Positions 61,030 through 64,000 of a DNA stretch of 64,000 bases are shown here, piece by piece. Location: the NCBI GenBank assembly GCA_030390025.1, contig CM059432.1:106642001-106706000 (forward strand). Direction: 5' to 3'. The position numbers and the translations under genes were made by a program. Source of the DNA: Squalus acanthias (taxonomy: Eukaryota). Each line of letters opens with the position of its first letter. Position 1 is the stretch's first letter. The notes under the pieces were generated by a model. It saw nothing but the letters and a program-made list of their open reading frames with translations. It had not been told where the DNA came from and made no database searches.

Positions 61030-61115
61030 TAACCTTTTCCTCATGGCCCACAGCAGCAGCCTAGCAGTTTCGTTACTATTTTTGGTACTGAAGATCTTCA
61101 GATGTGGAGCTGAAG
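61030..61115 (+). CDS. Probable second coding exon encoding a signal peptide: (N)NLFLMAHSSSLAVSLLFLVLKIFRCGAE
   Basis: Branch-like ACTAAT at ~61001, acceptor CCCTGTTTTGCAG|, donor AAG|GTATGT. The exon is 86 nt, phase 2 to phase 1, and open in the frame set by the 56855 exon. It has a hydrophobic core LAVSLLFLVL and a small-residue cleavage motif C-G-A. Confidence 0.68.
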
Positions 61116-61564
61116 GTATGTTGTGCTCTTGTGAAGAGCAGTTCAACTTTGGTCTTATTCCTCTTTATTCACACCTTCCACATATACACAGGAAGTAAAA
61201 CCAGGTCACCAATGGGCAGAATTGGAGGAGTTATGCCTGTTGCATATACATATTTGGTATAGGTAATGTTAGAATGTTGCCTCTGTCACTCCTTTCCTGT
61301 ACTACAGACAAAAGCTAACACCTCTCTTGAGTGTCTTGTCATTCCTAGAGATAGTTTTAGACTCTTGCTTGTAGCTCACCTATCAAGAATTTAGTCTAAA
61401 ATGTGTGGTTTTTTTTTAACCCAATTGTAGTTTATTTTATTGAGGTAAAATGGTGTTTTGTTAGCAAATTTTAGCAGTGGTCAGATCTTCATGAGGCACA
61501 ATTGCCAAGATAGAACTTGGATATCAGCCTAATATGCATTATCTTTCCTTATTGAGCCCAGGCT

Positions 61565-63030
61565 TTGTTGATATCAATCTCTTCCTATATTTTGGCACTG
61601 TCCCTACTCTTCAAAATCGGTGTCATCACACCTCATTCTGAAAATAAAACCTTTTCTTCCATTTTCTCCAACTACTGCTCTATCTCCAATTTACCCTTTA
61701 TCTCCAAAGTCCTTGAGTGCATTGTTGACACCCAACTGTACAATCACTTTTCCCATCTGCCCTCCTACAGCGCTGAGATAATTCTGATCAAAGTCCGCAA
61801 TAGCATCCTGTGTGACTTTGATAGTGACTAGTTATCCCTCCTTGACTTCTCTGCTGCCTTTGGAACGGTTGATTACTGCATTCTCTAATGTTTCTTTTCC
61901 ACAGTCAATCTTCATCGACCACACACACTATTGTGGTACCAGTTGTATATTTATCCCAAAGCAATGTCCTGCAATGCTTTCTCCTCCTGTGTCCCCAAGG
62001 TCACCTCTGGTCTACATCCTTAATCCCCTCTTCATTTACATGCTACCTATCAGTGACATCATCTGCAAATACTACATTCGTTTCTAACACTATCACTCCA
62101 TCTTCACCTTTGATTCCAAGGCTATTGCTTTACTTTCCCACTGTCTGTCTGATATCAGGTCCTGAATTAGTTGAAATTTCCTCTTCAGATCTTCCCAGCA
62201 CCATTGTGGCTTTTGCTTGATGCCATTAACCTCCCCTGTTAGTGCTTATGCCAAATCCGGAGTTACAAATCTTGGCATCCTGTTCAACCCTGAGCTGCAT
62301 ATTTTATCCACTGCCAACACTGCTTTCTTTCACTTTTGGAATGTTGCTTATATATTCCTGTACTTCTGCCTCTCTCATTACTGCAAAAACTCTAATTCAT
62401 GCTTTCATTACTACAAGGGTTGGCTTCCACAATGCTTTTCTCGGTCTTGCCTGCTTCCATCCTCTGCAAATGCAATCTTATTGAGAAAGCCACGATCATA
62501 TCCTTTCCCACATAAAGCTCCACCATCCATCACCCCTATCCTTACCAAATTCCACTGACTCCCTGCTTCCCCCAAATGGACTTCAAGATCCTCATCCTAA
62601 TTTTAAAATCCCTTCACAGCCTTGCTCCACCCTATCTGAATTCTCTAGCTGTATTTCCCCGCGCCCACCTTCCTCTCTATAGCTTGGCTCCACCCCATCT
62701 GAATGATCTCCAACACTACATCACTGCACCCACCCCTGTCACCGGAATATTGCTTGTTCTCTGCTCCCTCCGCTCCACCATTGAAGGCTAATCTTTCAGT
62801 CACTACGCTCTTCCCTTATGGAATTCTCTCTCAAAACCACTTTGCTGCCTTGTTGCCTCCCTATCTTCAAAAACTCCTAAACACCGTTATCTTCAACTGT
62901 ACCTTCAGCCTTTCTCGCCTCCCCTATATTTTTCTTCATTTTCTGTTCGTAACTTTCTTTTTGTGCCTTTCAAAGTTGTCAGATATTTCCTTTATGTGAG
63001 GAATCATAAAGAAATGTATGTTGTTGTCCT
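61565..63030 (+). mobile_element. Ancient L2 LINE 3' part
   Basis: Decayed L2 motifs NYCSISNLPFISKVLE, TNLGILF, AKTLIHAFIT and DFKILILILKSLHSLAPPYL; ends in TGTTGTTG. Confidence 0.85.
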
Positions 63031-63117
63031 CAGCAGTGTGTCTTTTTTTTTAACTGAATACAGTCCAACTTTGAGATGGTGCCAACTGTAGTTACTGTGG
63101 TGTATTCAGGATCCTAG

Positions 63118-64000
63118 AATCATCTTCTTGGGCAGACCCTCAGAACCGAGGATGACTTGCTTCCACACTAAAAATGAGTTCTCAGGAGACTGGTGAGTCC
63201 AATGCGGGACCTACAGTCTCTGTCACAGGTGGGGCAGACAGTGGTTGAAGGGGCGGGTGCTTGGGTTGACGTGTGCTCCTTGCGCTGTTTGCGCTTGGTT
63301 TCCATTTGCTCCCGACGAAGAGACTCGAGGTGTTCGGCGCCTTCCTGGATGCTTCTCCTCCACTTTGTGCGGTCTTGGGCCAGGGATTCCCAGGTGTCGG
63401 TGGTGATGTTGCACTTTTTCAAGGAGGCTTTGAGGGTGTCCTTGAAGCGTTTCCCTCTGCCCACCTGGGGCTCTCTTGCCGTGTCGGAGCTCCGAGTAGA
63501 ACGCTTGCTTTGGGAGTCTTGTATCGGGCATGCGGATGATGTGGCCCGTCCATTGGAGCTGATCGATGCTGGGGATGTTGGCCTGAGCGAGAACACTGAT
63601 GTTGGTGCACCTATCCTGCCAATGGATTTGCAGGATCTTGCGGAGGTAGCGTTGGTGGTACCTCTCCAATGCTTTGAGGTGCCTGCTGTACATGGTCCAT
63701 GTCTCTGAAGCATACAGGAGGGCGGGTATCACTACTGCTCTGTAGACCATGAGCTTGGTGCTGGGTTTGAGGTCCTGGTCTTCAAACACTCTCTTCCTCA
63801 GGCGACCGAAGGCTGCACTGGCACACTGAAGGCGGTGTTGGACTTCGTCATCGATGTCTGCTCTTGTTGACAGTAGGCTCCCGAGGTATGGAAGGTGGTC
63901 CACGTTGCCCAAGGTTGGTAGAGGACCTTTGTCTTACGGATGTTTAGTGTTAGACCCATGCTCTTATACGCTTCGGTGAAGGTGTTGATGATGGTTTGGA
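63118..64000 (-). mobile_element. RTE-clade LINE, 3' end (continues beyond window)
   Basis: YLGSLLS...IDDEVQHRLQCASAAFGRLRKRVF...TKLMVYRAVVIPALLYASETWT, QLQWTGHIIRMPDTRLPKQ and C-terminal CPTCDRDCRSRIGL...RTH; frameshifted. Confidence 0.93.

Noticed and set aside
56855..61115. Naming the host gene CD86 from the LSNNLFLMA / LSNILFVMA resemblance
   Set aside because: Leader peptides are poorly conserved and the match is too short, so no symbol was assigned.

Overview
Vertebrate genomic DNA, most likely from a shark or other cartilaginous fish (inferred from Deu-domain tRNA SINEs, an HE1/V-SINE-like remnant and abundant CR1 LINEs). Bases 1-20,467 are a C/A-rich ~31-bp satellite with a 200-N gap. 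A ~300-bp CpG-rich island with promoter motifs and a strong splice donor follows, and then a 20-bp C-rich minisatellite to ~23.66 kb. All long ORFs in the first 23.7 kb are repeat artefacts. The remainder looks like the introns of a + strand gene. Two convincing small coding exons (56,855-56,904 and 61,030-61,115) splice in frame to give a signal-peptide N-terminus, MASFQNKMKKQIKILSNNLFLMAHSSSLAVSLLFLVLKIFRCGAE, and the gene continues past the window. The introns are packed with transposons: two near-full-length CR1s, many CR1/L2 fragments, a second CR1/Jockey-group LINE, an RTE, Penelope-like elements, SINEs and MITEs. Four observations stand out. (i) Both long CR1s carry a U-UUA-AAC slippery heptamer exactly at the ORF1/ORF2 junction; one copy has -1 frameshift geometry and the other is fused in frame by one extra G. 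(ii) Penelope termini carry hammerhead-like motifs, including a 183-bp palindrome with the motif on both strands. (iii) A stranded, rearranged copy of TPP2 exon 1 with its promoter and splice donor lies on the - strand at ~44.2-44.7 kb. (iv) The putative gene promoter is wedged between two large tandem arrays.
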